Positions 37,922-47,984 of a DNA stretch of 64,000 bases are shown piece by piece. A program made the translations under genes and the position numbers. This DNA comes from Verrucomicrobiota bacterium. Lineage in GTDB: Bacteria > Verrucomicrobiota > Kiritimatiellia > CAIQIC01 > JAGNIJ01. The notes below the pieces were generated by a model, which saw only the letters and a program-made list of their open reading frames with translations, was not told the origin of the DNA and did not search any database. The stretch spans positions 257,605 through 321,604 of the forward strand of contig JAKLGK010000006.1 of the NCBI GenBank assembly GCA_022710725.1, written 5' to 3'. The stretch's first letter is position 1; every line of letters starts with the position of its first letter.

Positions 37922-38419
37922 TCAGCCTTTTTCCAGCCGGTACTCCAGCATCTTGTCCCCGTCGAAAAGGAACCGGCCATGGAATGGCGTGCCGGCCAGC
38001 ATCAGGGGAATCCACACGCGGTCATCCTCCCACATGCGGTCGAAGGGGATTTGGTCCAGCGGGGTCCACAACGGGATCGCCTCGCCGGTCTCCTGCGGCT
38101 CGCCCTCGATGCCGGTCGCCGTGAAAACGTAGCCGTGGATGGAAAACCCGTCCACGAACTGGAACATCAGTTCGCCCGCCTCGCGGACGCCGGTAGGGGT
38201 GACGACCAGCTCCTCCTGCACCTCGCGGATCGCCGCCTGCCGGGGCGTCTCGCCCGGGTCCAGCCGGCCGCCGGGTCCGTTGATCTTGCCCGCGCCCAGC
38301 CCCTTTTTCTTGTGGATCAGCAACACCTGCCCGTCGCGGATCACGAACATCAGCGTCGCGCGCTCGGTCGGGTTCCAGTGCGCCCAGTCCACCTCGGAGA
38401 AATGCGAATATCGTTTCAT
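37922..38419 (-). CDS. NUDIX hydrolase (MutT-like).
   Basis: NUDIX box [26 protein letters not shown] (GX5EX7REUXEEXGU). Confidence 0.8.
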   Translation of the reverse strand: MKRYSHFSEVDWAHWNPTERATLMFVIRDGQVLLIHKKKGLGAGKINGPGGRLDPGETPRQAAIREVQEELVVTPTGVREAGELMFQFVDGFSIHGYVFTATGIEGEPQETGEAIPLWTPLDQIPFDRMWEDDRVWIPLMLAGTPFHGRFLFDGDKMLEYRLEKG

Positions 38420-38464
38420 GGAATGACCAGGAAATACACGAAAGACACGGAAACGGAAAGGCTC

Positions 38465-40663
38465 TTATTGACCCGCCGCGGCCCGCCGGATCAGTTCCAG
38501 GAACGAGCGTACCTTGTCGTTGCCGGGGTCCGCGCGGAGACAAGCTGCAATCACGGCCTCCGCGTCGTTGAATTTCCGCCGTTGCATGAGCACGTCGGCC
38601 AAGCGGTAGTTGGCCTCCGGGCTGTCGGGGTACAGGGCTAGGGCCTGGCGAAAAGCATATTCGGCCTCATCGAACAGGCCCCGATAGGCATAGAGGCCGG
38701 CGATGGCGCAACGAAGCTTGCAGAAGCTCCTGCGAGCCGCCACGTCCCGCAGGAAGGCAGGCCGGTCGAGCAGGCGCCGGGAATACCAGTTCCAGAATGC
38801 GCGGTCCTGGTTTACAAGCTCCGGCGGGAGCGACGGCAGCGGCTCGGCATGGAGCCTCATGATCAGGCCGTGGGGCGCGAGGTGCGGGAACATCCACGGG
38901 ATGACGTAGCTCTCCTCGATGTAGAAGGCGTGCCGGTCCTTGTTCGCCTCGAAAAACCGCCGAGCCAGTATCCCATTAATCGCCATGACGCCGGCTACGC
39001 CTTGGACGGTGACCCGATCGCCCTGGGGCTTGGCGCCGGTGCCCGGCGGCAGACGGCCCGCCTGAAGTTCTTCCATGTACTGATAGAATGCGGCGTCCGC
39101 ATCCGCCGGGGACGGGATACGTATAGCGCCTCCGTAAAGGTCCCGCAGGGCATTCAGGTAGGTACGGTCCGCGAGCGCATTCTGGGTCAGCAGGAATACG
39201 TCGGGCCGGATCCCGGCGGAGAAGATCATGTACGTGGGCACGAACCGTCCGGGGTCCGTGCCGCCAAACAGGAGAGCGCCGCGTTCCAGCGGCGGCGGAT
39301 AGTCGCGGGCGGGCAGCGGTGTTTCTCCGGGTTGGAGGTCCGCGACGATGCCGCCGAGGCCTTCCAGTTGATGGCGCCCGAACTGCCAGCCGAAGTCATG
39401 ACCACTCTGACTGCTGCCGCCATACACGCGGACCAGCTCCCGGTCCCGCTGCTGACGGACCAGTGGCACTAATGGGAGCAGGAGAGCGGCGAAGAACACC
39501 GAGGCCAGGACGGGCCGGTGCCGGGAGGCCGCGCTGAAGATCCATCCGAGTCCAAGTCCGATGAGGATGGCGGCGAGGGCATAGGAGGGTATCCACACCA
39601 CGCGGCAATAGTACAGCGTCTGGTGGTCGAGCGGTGGATTCATGCCGATCGTCGTGCCCGTGCCGTAGAGCAGGAAGGCCGCCAGCAAGGCCGGCTTCCA
39701 CAGGCCGCCATGCCGCATGCCGAACAACGCGGGGATGCCGAGGACCAGCACCGGTGTCGAGAACTGCGCGGCCAGCAGGCGGATATAGGTGGCCATCTGA
39801 GCTAGGAAGACGTCGGGAGCGCTGAAAACGGGCGTCAGCGTCATGTGTTCGTACTGCCCGCGCGTGACGAGGTGGATGAATCCGTCGAGCGTCCGCGCAT
39901 AGCCCCAGTTGACCGGCGGATTCTGCGCAGAGGCGAGGGGGAGGTAGGCCATCGGGAGGAGCCCCAACGCCAGACACAGCAGGAGCGCGGGGACCTGCCT
40001 CCACGTCCCCCGCTTGGCCCAGGCGGCTGCAAACAGGGGAATCATCAGCACGAAGGTGGGGCTGTTCAGGAACCCGATCCCCAGCAGGAAGGCCAGCGGA
40101 TAGAGAAAACGTTTCCCGTCATCCAATACCCCGCCCTGTAGCAGCGCGAGGAACAAAACCACGGAGAACACGTTCAGTGTATTGGTTTCCGCGATGACCG
40201 ATTGCGCCCACATGAATGGACTGAACGCGAACAGGAGGCCGGCCGACGTCCCGGCGATCCAAGCCGCGCAGCTCGCCTGTGGATCGGAGACCCCCCGGGA
40301 TTCGGACCGAACGGAGCGGCTGACCATGTGCGCGACCAGCCCGCATGAAAGGCTGCCGAAAAACGCGGACATAAAATTAACGCCCCACGCCGGGTTGGGC
40401 GCGCCGTGATAGCGGACGAAGCCGAAGAGCTTCTGGAAGAACCAGGCCAGCAAGGTCCACACGGGGTAGCCCGGCGGGTTGGCAACGCCGAGGCTGTCGG
40501 CTGCCGTGACGAGCGAGCCCGAGTACTCCAGCGTAACCGAGGGAGCCAGTGTGATCGTGTACAGGAGAAGGGAAATTCCGGAAACCAGCCAGAAGACAGG
40601 CGGCGACGTGTGGCTTCCGCTTGTCATGAGCGTTGAGACAACCTGCCGCGGTGATGCGTTCAC
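38465..40663 (-). CDS. DUF2723-type GT-C membrane glycosyltransferase-like protein (TMEM260-like, putative O-mannosyltransferase family) with a C-terminal TPR region.
   Basis: The N-terminal region YSGSLVTAADSLGVANPPGYPVWTLLAWFF resembles the DUF2723 signature (DSGEL...GIAHPPGYPL). The protein is polytopic, with TPR-like repeats at the C-terminus (YAFRQALALYPDSPEANYRLADVLMQRRKFNDA). Confidence 0.55.
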   Translation of the reverse strand: MNASPRQVVSTLMTSGSHTSPPVFWLVSGISLLLYTITLAPSVTLEYSGSLVTAADSLGVANPPGYPVWTLLAWFFQKLFGFVRYHGAPNPAWGVNFMSAFFGSLSCGLVAHMVSRSVRSESRGVSDPQASCAAWIAGTSAGLLFAFSPFMWAQSVIAETNTLNVFSVVLFLALLQGGVLDDGKRFLYPLAFLLGIGFLNSPTFVLMIPLFAAAWAKRGTWRQVPALLLCLALGLLPMAYLPLASAQNPPVNWGYARTLDGFIHLVTRGQYEHMTLTPVFSAPDVFLAQMATYIRLLAAQFSTPVLVLGIPALFGMRHGGLWKPALLAAFLLYGTGTTIGMNPPLDHQTLYYCRVVWIPSYALAAILIGLGLGWIFSAASRHRPVLASVFFAALLLPLVPLVRQQRDRELVRVYGGSSQSGHDFGWQFGRHQLEGLGGIVADLQPGETPLPARDYPPPLERGALLFGGTDPGRFVPTYMIFSAGIRPDVFLLTQNALADRTYLNALRDLYGGAIRIPSPADADAAFYQYMEELQAGRLPPGTGAKPQGDRVTVQGVAGVMAINGILARRFFEANKDRHAFYIEESYVIPWMFPHLAPHGLIMRLHAEPLPSLPPELVNQDRAFWNWYSRRLLDRPAFLRDVAARRSFCKLRCAIAGLYAYRGLFDEAEYAFRQALALYPDSPEANYRLADVLMQRRKFNDAEAVIAACLRADPGNDKVRSFLELIRRAAAGQ

Positions 40664-40671
40664 TTCCGCCG

Positions 40672-43600
40672 TCAGACGTTGAAGTACTTCGCTGCTGGAT
40701 GGTGCGCCACGAGCGCGGAAGTGGTCACCTCCGGCACCATCATGAAATTGTCCGACAGGCTCACCCCGATATCGGCCGCGTGGACCAGGTCGCAGCAGAC
40801 CTTGTTCATGGAGAGGTCCGGGCAGGCCGGGTAGCCGAACCCGTACCGCGAGCCCCGGTATTTCTGCACAATGTAATCCTGGATCGCCAGCTTCGGCTCG
40901 GTGAAGCCCAACTCCGCGCGCATCCGGGCGTGCCAGTACTCGGCCAGCGCGTCGGTGACCTCGACCGCCAGGCCGTGCAGCAGGAAGTAGTCCTGGTAAT
41001 GATCACGCTGCAGCAGCCGGGCGTTCTCGGTCTCGAGCCCGGGCCCGAGCGTCACGACCATAAACCCGATCACGTCCTCGTCGCGCCGGAAGAAATCGGG
41101 GATCGAAAGGCCCGGCGAACGGGATTGGCGAGGGAAGACCATGCGGATCGGTTCTCCGCCTTCCGAGGGGAACACCGTCAGCGCCTCGCCTTCGGCCCGG
41201 CACCAGAACCAGCCGTGTGCCGCCTTCGGCCGGAAGAGGCCCGACTCGGCGCACTGCTTCTTCAGCGCTTCGAGACGGGGCTTCACCTCGTCCTCGATCA
41301 GCCGGTCGTATTCCTCCGCGCCCATCTTGCCGCGCCGGTAACCCCAGCGCCCGCGGATCAGCGCAGTCTCGTTCAGGTGCGGATACACGTCCTCCAGCCG
41401 GATGCTCTCCGTGATCCGGTGGCCGAGGAACGGCGGCTTGGGCGGCGGCAACGAGAGATCAATCGATACCGGGGGCGCCTCGAAATCGGGGGGCGGCGCG
41501 CTGGGTGGCCGCGGTTGCGCTTTTTCCAGGCGGCCGGTCTCGGACAACTCGCGCATTCTGGCCAGGCCCTCGAAGGCGTCCTTGCAGTACACGACGGGCG
41601 CGGAGTAGCGGGGCTGGCACGAGTCGGCCACGAACCCCGGCGTCAGCGCCGCGCCGCCCAGGAAAACGGGGATCCGGATGCCGGCGGCCTCCAGCGCCTT
41701 CATGTTCTCCGCCATGATCGCGGCGGATTTCACCAGCAGTCCGCTCATTCCCAGCACGTCGGCCTTGTGCTCGCGCACGGCCGCGATCATCCGCTCGATC
41801 GGGATCTTCGTGCCCAGGTTGACGACGTGGAAGCCGTTGTTGCTCAAGATGATGTCCACGAGGTTCTTGCCGATGTCGTGGACGTCGCCCGCGACGGTGG
41901 CGAGGACCATCAGGCCGCGCCGCCCGCCGGACTCGTCCTTCTTCATGTGCGGCTTGAGCAGGTCGACGGCTTTCTTCATGACCTCGGCGGATTTCAGCAC
42001 GAAGGGCAGTTGGAGGATGCCGTCGTTGAACAGGCGGCCGACCTCCTTCATCGCCGGGATCAGGATCTCGTTCAGGATGAATTCCGCCGGGTGCTGGCCG
42101 AGCAGTGCGGGGATCGCGGCCTCCAGCGGCTGCGGCCGTCCCTTGATCACGGCCCGGGCCAGCGCTTCCGCCGGCGGCAGGGCGGCCGCGGCGGCCTCCG
42201 CCCCCGCGTCGACGGCTCCCTCGAAGAACCGTATGAAGTTCTCCAGCGGGTCGCCCGCCGACGCGTCGTTGTCCAGCAGCGCGCCGGCCACGCGCAGGGC
42301 GTCGGGCGCGATGTCCGTCAGCGGCACGATGGACGCGACGTTGATGATGCACGCGTCCATGCCGGCCTTCAGGCAGCGGTCGAGAAAGACGGTGTTGAGC
42401 ACCTTCCGGCCCGCGGGCTTGAGGCCGAAGGAGATGTTCGACAGGCCGAGGATCGTCCGGACGTCCGGCAGTTCCTTCTTGATCCGGCGGATCGCCTCCA
42501 GGGTCTCCAGGGCGGCTGTGCGCAGCGTCGGGTCGCCGCTGCCGATGGTGAAGGTCAGCGTGTCCACGAACAGCGCGTCCCGCCGGATGCCCTCGGCCTC
42601 GCAGAACTCGACCAGCCGCCGCGCGATGGCGACCTTGCGGTCCGCGGTCATGGCCATGCCGGTCTCGTCGATCGTCAGGCAGACCAGCCCGGCGCCGAAT
42701 TTCCGCGCGAGCCCGGCGACGTGCCGCGCGCGTTCCTCGCCGGACTCGAAGTTGATGGAATTGACCAGCGCGCGCCCGCCGTAGAGCTTGAGCGCGGCCT
42801 CGGTGACATCGGCCTGCGTGGAATCGATCATCAGCGGGGCGCGGCACTCGCGGGCGGCGCGCGCAACGAGGATCTCCATGTCCTTCTTCTCGTCGCGGCC
42901 CGCGTAGGCGCAGCTCAAGTCGAGGACGTGGGCGCTGGCCTCCTCCTGCTCCGGAAGCACGGCGAAGGCGTCGTCGTACTTGTCCGCCAGCAGGGCGTCG
43001 CGGAACTTCTTCGAGCCCGTGGCGTTCGCGCGCTCGCCGATGTACAGCGGCGGCGGGTCCTGCGTCAGGTCCACCGGCGAGAACACGCTCGCGGCCTGCT
43101 GCGGCGCGCGCGCGGCGCGGGCCGGGGCCTGGAACCCGCGCAGGCCCTGGGCCAGCGCGCGGATATGGTCCGGCGTCGTGCCGCAGCAGCCGCCGACGAC
43201 GTTCAGGCCGACCTCGCGGGCCATCGCGCCGAGTTTCTCCGCGAAGAACGCGGGTCCGAGCGGGTAGCGGACCCCGCCGGCCTTCATCTCCGGCAGGCCG
43301 GCGTTCGGCATGCAGGCCAGGAGGCGGGGCCAGTTCGCCGCCAGGTAGTCCAGGTGAAGGCGCATCGCCTCGGGCCCGGTCGCGCAGTTGAGGCCCAGGA
43401 TGTGGATGGGGTAAGGCGACAGCGCGGCCACGACGGCGGCGATGGACGACCCGATCAGCAGCGTGCCGGTCTGCTCCACGGTCACGGAGACGTACAGCGG
43501 AACCTTCGCCGAGCGGCCGACGACGTCGTCGTACGCCGCCAGCCCCGCCTTGATCTGGAGCAGGTCCTGGCAGGTTTCCAGCAGGATGCCATCCGCGCCG

Positions 43601-44043
43601 CCTTCGAGCAGGCCCTCGATCTGGACCCGCAGCGCCGCGCGCAGTTCGTCGAACCCCACCTGGCCGAGCGTCGGCAGCCGGGTGCCGGGCCCTATGGAGC
43701 CGAAGACGAAACGCGGTTTTTCAGGGGCCGTGAAAGAAGCCGCCGCCTCGCGGGCCAGCCGGGCGGCCGCCCGGTTGATCTCCCGCGCGCGGCCGCTCAA
43801 TTCGTATTCCCCGAGCGTGATGGGCGAGGCGCCGAACGTGTTCGTCTCGACGGCGTCGCTGCCGGCCTCGAAATAGGCGCGATGGATGGACCCGATGATG
43901 TCCGGGGCGGTGACGTTGAGCAATTCGTTGCACCCGTCGCGGCCCTGCCAGGCGTCCGCCGGCACGGCGCGGGCCTGGATCTGGGTGCCCATGGCCCCGT
44001 CCATCACGAAAACGCCCTGTAGAATTCTGGCCAGCAAGTCCAT
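40672..44043 (-). CDS. metH: Cobalamin-dependent methionine synthase.
   Basis: Hcy-binding, pterin-binding, B12-binding (DxHxxG-like ATVAGDVHDIGKNLV) and AdoMet-activation domains are collinear. The start is at MDLLARILQG. Confidence 0.9.
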   Translation of the reverse strand: MDLLARILQGVFVMDGAMGTQIQARAVPADAWQGRDGCNELLNVTAPDIIGSIHRAYFEAGSDAVETNTFGASPITLGEYELSGRAREINRAAARLAREAAASFTAPEKPRFVFGSIGPGTRLPTLGQVGFDELRAALRVQIEGLLEGGADGILLETCQDLLQIKAGLAAYDDVVGRSAKVPLYVSVTVEQTGTLLIGSSIAAVVAALSPYPIHILGLNCATGPEAMRLHLDYLAANWPRLLACMPNAGLPEMKAGGVRYPLGPAFFAEKLGAMAREVGLNVVGGCCGTTPDHIRALAQGLRGFQAPARAARAPQQAASVFSPVDLTQDPPPLYIGERANATGSKKFRDALLADKYDDAFAVLPEQEEASAHVLDLSCAYAGRDEKKDMEILVARAARECRAPLMIDSTQADVTEAALKLYGGRALVNSINFESGEERARHVAGLARKFGAGLVCLTIDETGMAMTADRKVAIARRLVEFCEAEGIRRDALFVDTLTFTIGSGDPTLRTAALETLEAIRRIKKELPDVRTILGLSNISFGLKPAGRKVLNTVFLDRCLKAGMDACIINVASIVPLTDIAPDALRVAGALLDNDASAGDPLENFIRFFEGAVDAGAEAAAAALPPAEALARAVIKGRPQPLEAAIPALLGQHPAEFILNEILIPAMKEVGRLFNDGILQLPFVLKSAEVMKKAVDLLKPHMKKDESGGRRGLMVLATVAGDVHDIGKNLVDIILSNNGFHVVNLGTKIPIERMIAAVREHKADVLGMSGLLVKSAAIMAENMKALEAAGIRIPVFLGGAALTPGFVADSCQPRYSAPVVYCKDAFEGLARMRELSETGRLEKAQPRPPSAPPPDFEAPPVSIDLSLPPPKPPFLGHRITESIRLEDVYPHLNETALIRGRWGYRRGKMGAEEYDRLIEDEVKPRLEALKKQCAESGLFRPKAAHGWFWCRAEGEALTVFPSEGGEPIRMVFPRQSRSPGLSIPDFFRRDEDVIGFMVVTLGPGLETENARLLQRDHYQDYFLLHGLAVEVTDALAEYWHARMRAELGFTEPKLAIQDYIVQKYRGSRYGFGYPACPDLSMNKVCCDLVHAADIGVSLSDNFMMVPEVTTSALVAHHPAAKYFNV

Positions 44044-44185
44044 TTGTTCCTCTCCGCGCAAACGGTCACGATACCAGCGGACAGGTAAAAAGCCAGCCGG
44101 TTTGCGCCATAAGAAGCTGGATGGAGGAGCGAACTCCCGCGAGCCCACGCGGCGTCGCGGAGATCCGCCCTCCATGGACCTCGCA

Positions 44186-46087
44186 TTACGGGCGGGGGAC
44201 GACGCCTATCGGCGCGGACGAGACCTCGTTGCTCGCGCCGGAAATGGCAACGCGGTAGTAGGCTTGGGGAACCGTGCCCGAATCCCACACGTTCGTGAAC
44301 CCGGTCAGCGCGCCCGCGACGGGGATGTTGGAAGCCACGCAGGTCCAGCCGTCGCCGTCGGCCATGCTGGTCGACCGGTAGAGATCGTACGTGCGGCCGG
44401 AATCGAATCCTTCCTGCCCGCTCTGCCACGCGACGGCCACGGCGTTGGATTCCGAAGGCAGGGCCTCGATCAGTTGAAGCACGGAAGCTCCGTTCGTGGG
44501 ATCGGTGTTCGCGCTGAATTCCTGCCCGTTGAGCAGCCCGTCGCCGTCGGGATCGAAGCCGGCGTCGGCGGCGTTTGTCGGGTTGAGGTCGAAGACGATT
44601 TCCCACCAGTTCGGCATGCCGTCCGCGTCGTCATCGTCGAGCCCCACGGCCCGGTAGGCGTCCACGCGGCCCCAGCCGTACGTGTTGTTGGGCACGTTCG
44701 TCCCGGACAGGCCGCCGCATACCTGGGTCGTGGTGCGGGGCAGGGCCGTGCGCGTGAGCAGTTTCTCGATCCGGTCCACCTGGCCCCGCAACCCGGGATG
44801 CGCGGAGAGCACCAGCGCCACCGTGCCCGCGACATGCGGCCCGGCCATGCTCGTGCCGGTCTTGTAGCCGAATCCGGTGCCCGGCACGCAGGAGCGGACG
44901 CTGGTGCCCGGCGCGCTGATGTCGGGCTTCATCCGCCCGCTGCCGTCCGCCGTCGCCGGCCCGCGGCTGCTGCCGCTGTTGATGTTGTCGCTGGAGTCCG
45001 TGTTGCCGACGGTGAAGGAGTCCTCGTAGAAGGACGGCGGATCGCTGACCGTGCCGCAGGACGAGCCGCTGTTGCCCGCCGAGACCACCACGACGATGCC
45101 CGCGGCCCGCGCGGCGGCGACCACGCCGCTCAAGACGTTGGGGTCCGTGCAGCCCTCGGCGGTGGGGCATCCCCAGGAGTTGTTGATCACGTCCGGCGCC
45201 CTGGCCGGGTCGGGGTTCCCGTTGGCCAGGTCGGTGGGCGCAACGAACCACTGGAAGCACTCGGCATACGTGGCCGGGGTGCCCCAGCCGACGTTCATGT
45301 TGCGGCAGCCGATCCACCGCGCGCCGGGGGCGACGCCCACCTGGTTGGTCCCGTCGTCGCCAACCATCGTGCCCATGGTATGCGTGCCGTGGGTGCCGTC
45401 GTCGCACGGGACCGGCGAATCCGGTCCGCAGCCGCCGCCCCCGCTGTGGATGGCGTCGTGCCAGTTGTAATTATGGTCGGCGCTCTCGCCGTCCCAACCA
45501 CGATACTGGGCCTTCAGGGCCGCATGGTCCCAGTCGTAGCCGGTGTCCTGTCCGCCGACGATGACGCCCTGCCCGGTGAAGCCCAGGGCCCAGGCGCCGG
45601 TCGCGTTGATCTTGCTGATGTTCCACTCCGCAGCCGCGGGCGCGTCCGGGGCGCGCGGCGCCGCCCGGTCGCGCGGCAGGCGCGCGTCCACCCAGGGATT
45701 CGCGGACAGGCGGCGAACGTCGGGCCGCTCCGCCAACTCGCGGACCAGGGACGCGTTGCCGTGCACGAGGAGCATATTGTCGATCCAGAAGGCTTGTTGA
45801 ATTGCGCCCAGCGTTTGCAGGCGCGCGCGCAGGGCCGGCTGCGTCCGCGCGGCGGTCTGGGTTAGCGCGCGGTACACGAACCGGCCCTTTTCATCCTTCG
45901 TGCGCAAGGCGTCCGCGCCCGACAGGTCCGCGCGCTCCTGGAGAAAAACGAGGAATTCCGTTTGCGCATCACCGGAGCCGTCAACGGATTGCAGCACGCG
46001 CGGGTCCACCTTGTCCTGCCATTCGCCGGCCGCGGGGTGGCCGGCCAGCAGCGCGAAGAGCAGGCTCGAATGAAGCAGCCGTTTCAT
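44186..46087 (-). CDS. Secreted subtilisin-like serine protease (S8) with a C-terminal beta-domain.
   Basis: Signal peptide plus the S8 catalytic triad blocks (VIVGGQDTGYDWDH, HGTHTMGTMVG, GTSMAGPHVAG). Confidence 0.85.
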   Translation of the reverse strand: MKRLLHSSLLFALLAGHPAAGEWQDKVDPRVLQSVDGSGDAQTEFLVFLQERADLSGADALRTKDEKGRFVYRALTQTAARTQPALRARLQTLGAIQQAFWIDNMLLVHGNASLVRELAERPDVRRLSANPWVDARLPRDRAAPRAPDAPAAAEWNISKINATGAWALGFTGQGVIVGGQDTGYDWDHAALKAQYRGWDGESADHNYNWHDAIHSGGGGCGPDSPVPCDDGTHGTHTMGTMVGDDGTNQVGVAPGARWIGCRNMNVGWGTPATYAECFQWFVAPTDLANGNPDPARAPDVINNSWGCPTAEGCTDPNVLSGVVAAARAAGIVVVVSAGNSGSSCGTVSDPPSFYEDSFTVGNTDSSDNINSGSSRGPATADGSGRMKPDISAPGTSVRSCVPGTGFGYKTGTSMAGPHVAGTVALVLSAHPGLRGQVDRIEKLLTRTALPRTTTQVCGGLSGTNVPNNTYGWGRVDAYRAVGLDDDDADGMPNWWEIVFDLNPTNAADAGFDPDGDGLLNGQEFSANTDPTNGASVLQLIEALPSESNAVAVAWQSGQEGFDSGRTYDLYRSTSMADGDGWTCVASNIPVAGALTGFTNVWDSGTVPQAYYRVAISGASNEVSSAPIGVVPRP

Positions 46088-46135
46088 CAGCCTCTTTTTG
46101 TACCAGCCGCGGGCGATCAGGTATAGTATGCTTAT

Positions 46136-46525
46136 TTGAGGGAAAAATGTTTGGAGAAGGGACGGGCGAATATGGCGTCAACTAAAACAGGGAAACAGTC
46201 AGGCGAGTTGATGTCCAGGGCGCTACCGCTGGCCGGGCTGGCGGACTACCAGGCCGGCGCCGTAGTCAGCCGCACGATCCTCTCCAAGAAGGCCGGCACG
46301 GTGACCGTGTTCGCGTTCGACAAGGGGCAGGGTTTGAGCACCCATTCCGCGCCGTATGACGCGATGGTCTGGATCCTTGACGGCGAGGCGCGCATCACGA
46401 TTTCCGGAAAGGGGCTGCGGGCGAAGACCGGCGACATGGTCATCATGCCGGCGAACCAGCCGCACGCCCTCAAGGCCGCGAAGCCTTTTAAAATGGCTCT
46501 AGTCATGATCAAGAGCGAGTCATGA
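46136..46525 (+). CDS. Cupin-domain protein. The true start is probably the internal Met at about 46172 (MASTKTGK).
   Basis: Small beta-barrel cupin-like sequence (MVWILDGEARITISGKG...GDMVIMPANQPHAL). Confidence 0.55.
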   Translation: MREKCLEKGRANMASTKTGKQSGELMSRALPLAGLADYQAGAVVSRTILSKKAGTVTVFAFDKGQGLSTHSAPYDAMVWILDGEARITISGKGLRAKTGDMVIMPANQPHALKAAKPFKMALVMIKSES

Positions 46526-46686
46526 ATCAGCTCGTGCAACTGGGCATCGTGCTGGGCATCGTGGCGCTGTGCGTTGTCGGGCTCGGATTCGCGTTGACTC
46601 GCCGCAACCGCCGCCATGGCTCCTGCAGCTGCAAGGGTCTCTCCGGCGAAAAGTCATCCTGTGCCTGTTCTTCCCCTGAATCCTGA
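46522..46686 (+). CDS. Small (54-aa) membrane peptide with a Cys-rich tail, resembling FeoB-associated Cys-rich membrane proteins. It is below the ORF-track size cut-off.
   Basis: Read from the sequence: MNQLVQLGIVLGIVALCVVGLGFALTRRNRRHGSCSCKGLSGEKSSCACSSPES. It has one TM helix followed by a Cys-rich tail (CxC and CxC pairs). The ATG overlaps the cupin stop. Confidence 0.4.
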   Translation: MNQLVQLGIVLGIVALCVVGLGFALTRRNRRHGSCSCKGLSGEKSSCACSSPES

Positions 46687-46694
46687 ATCCTCCC

Positions 46695-47984
46695 ATGACC
46701 CGCAAAGGCAACATCCAGTGGCTCCTCGGCGAGTTGCCCGGATGGGTAGGCCAGGGCGTCCTGACGCCGGAGCAGGCGGAATCCTTGCGCCGCCACTATC
46801 GCTCCGCCCAACCGGCCGCGGGCCGCGGGTGGCTGCTGACGCTCTTCGCGATCCTGGGCGCCGTGCTGATCGGGTTCGGCATCATCCTCCTACTGGCGCA
46901 CAACTGGGAACAGATATCCCGTCCCGTGCGCGCGGGGATGTCCCTCGCCCTCCTGCTGTTCGGCCAGGTCATGGCGGGCCGCGCGGTCGTTCGCCAGGCT
47001 GCGGCCGCGGGCCTGCGGGAGGCGTCCTCCGCGTTTCTCATGCTGGTGGCGGGCGCGTCGCTGGCCCTGATTGCCCAGACGTATCACGTGGCAGCCGACA
47101 TGGAGTCGTTCATCCTGACCTGGATGCTGCTCGGTTTGCCGCTGGTCTACACGCATCGCGCGGTCCTGCCGGCCGTGTTCTATCTCGCCGGGGTTTCCTC
47201 CTGGAGCCTGATGGCCCTGGAGACCTGCGGGCCGACGGGCTACTGGCTTCTGATCGCCCTCTTGCTGCCGTTCCTGTGGGCCCGGATCCGGGAAGACCGG
47301 TACCAGGCCCGCGCCGCGCTGCTGTTGTGGGGGCTGGCGGTCAGCCTGCTGATCCTGTCCGGGGTCATTACGGGTGAACAGGAAGACGAGTATCTCCTGC
47401 TGATGTTCAGCCTGCTGCTCGCGTCGTTCTACCTGGCCGACGCGCTCTGGCTGGAAGGGGCGCCGACGGCCTGGCAGCGCCCGACGAAGCTGCTGGGCGC
47501 CGGCGGCATCGTGATCATGGCCTTCATCTTGAGCTTCGAGTGGGAGGCCGGGCGGCTCTCATTCCAGGAATACGCGGCGTTCGTGGGCGGCGGCCTGTCC
47601 GGCGTCCTGCTCGGCGTGTGCCTTCCGCTGCTGTACCTCGCGACGGCAGGGCGGGCCGTGCTGGGCGGGCGCGGGGGCCGGATGGTATTCGGAGTCTTTC
47701 CGCTGCTCGTGTGGATCGGCGTGCTGGCGGGCCAGGGGCGGGGCTGGCTCATCGCCAACGGCTACCTGTTCGGGCTTGGTCTGTTCCTGCTGGTGTCCGG
47801 CGCCCGGCAGCGGCAGTTGGGCAAGACCAACGGCGGCATGTTGATCCTGGGCGCCCTCATCATCATACGCTTTTTCGACTCGGACCTGTCCTTCGTGGCT
47901 AAAGGCATTGTCTTTATCCTCCTGGGGCTCGGTTTTCTCGGCGCCAACTGGATCATGCTGCGGCGGAAGGGAGGCGCGCCATGA
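46695..47984 (+). CDS. Polytopic membrane protein, DUF2157-like.
   Basis: About 11 TM helices. It is paired with a downstream GDYXXLXY-type protein, which is the usual gene neighbourhood for this family. Confidence 0.5.
   Translation: MTRKGNIQWLLGELPGWVGQGVLTPEQAESLRRHYRSAQPAAGRGWLLTLFAILGAVLIGFGIILLLAHNWEQISRPVRAGMSLALLLFGQVMAGRAVVRQAAAAGLREASSAFLMLVAGASLALIAQTYHVAADMESFILTWMLLGLPLVYTHRAVLPAVFYLAGVSSWSLMALETCGPTGYWLLIALLLPFLWARIREDRYQARAALLLWGLAVSLLILSGVITGEQEDEYLLLMFSLLLASFYLADALWLEGAPTAWQRPTKLLGAGGIVIMAFILSFEWEAGRLSFQEYAAFVGGGLSGVLLGVCLPLLYLATAGRAVLGGRGGRMVFGVFPLLVWIGVLAGQGRGWLIANGYLFGLGLFLLVSGARQRQLGKTNGGMLILGALIIIRFFDSDLSFVAKGIVFILLGLGFLGANWIMLRRKGGAP

Noticed and set aside
35212-37980. 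922-aa minus-strand ORF spanning the sppA, FHA and GT2 genes, and a 562-aa plus-strand alternate-frame ORF.
   Set aside because: Antisense to three independent genes with recognisable motifs. The translation is low complexity.
40633-46087. 1129-aa plus-strand ORF antisense to metH, and 659-aa plus-strand and 258-aa minus-strand ORFs overlapping the S8 protease gene.
   Set aside because: metH and the S8 catalytic-triad motifs are on the minus strand in the chosen frame. The others are GC artefacts.
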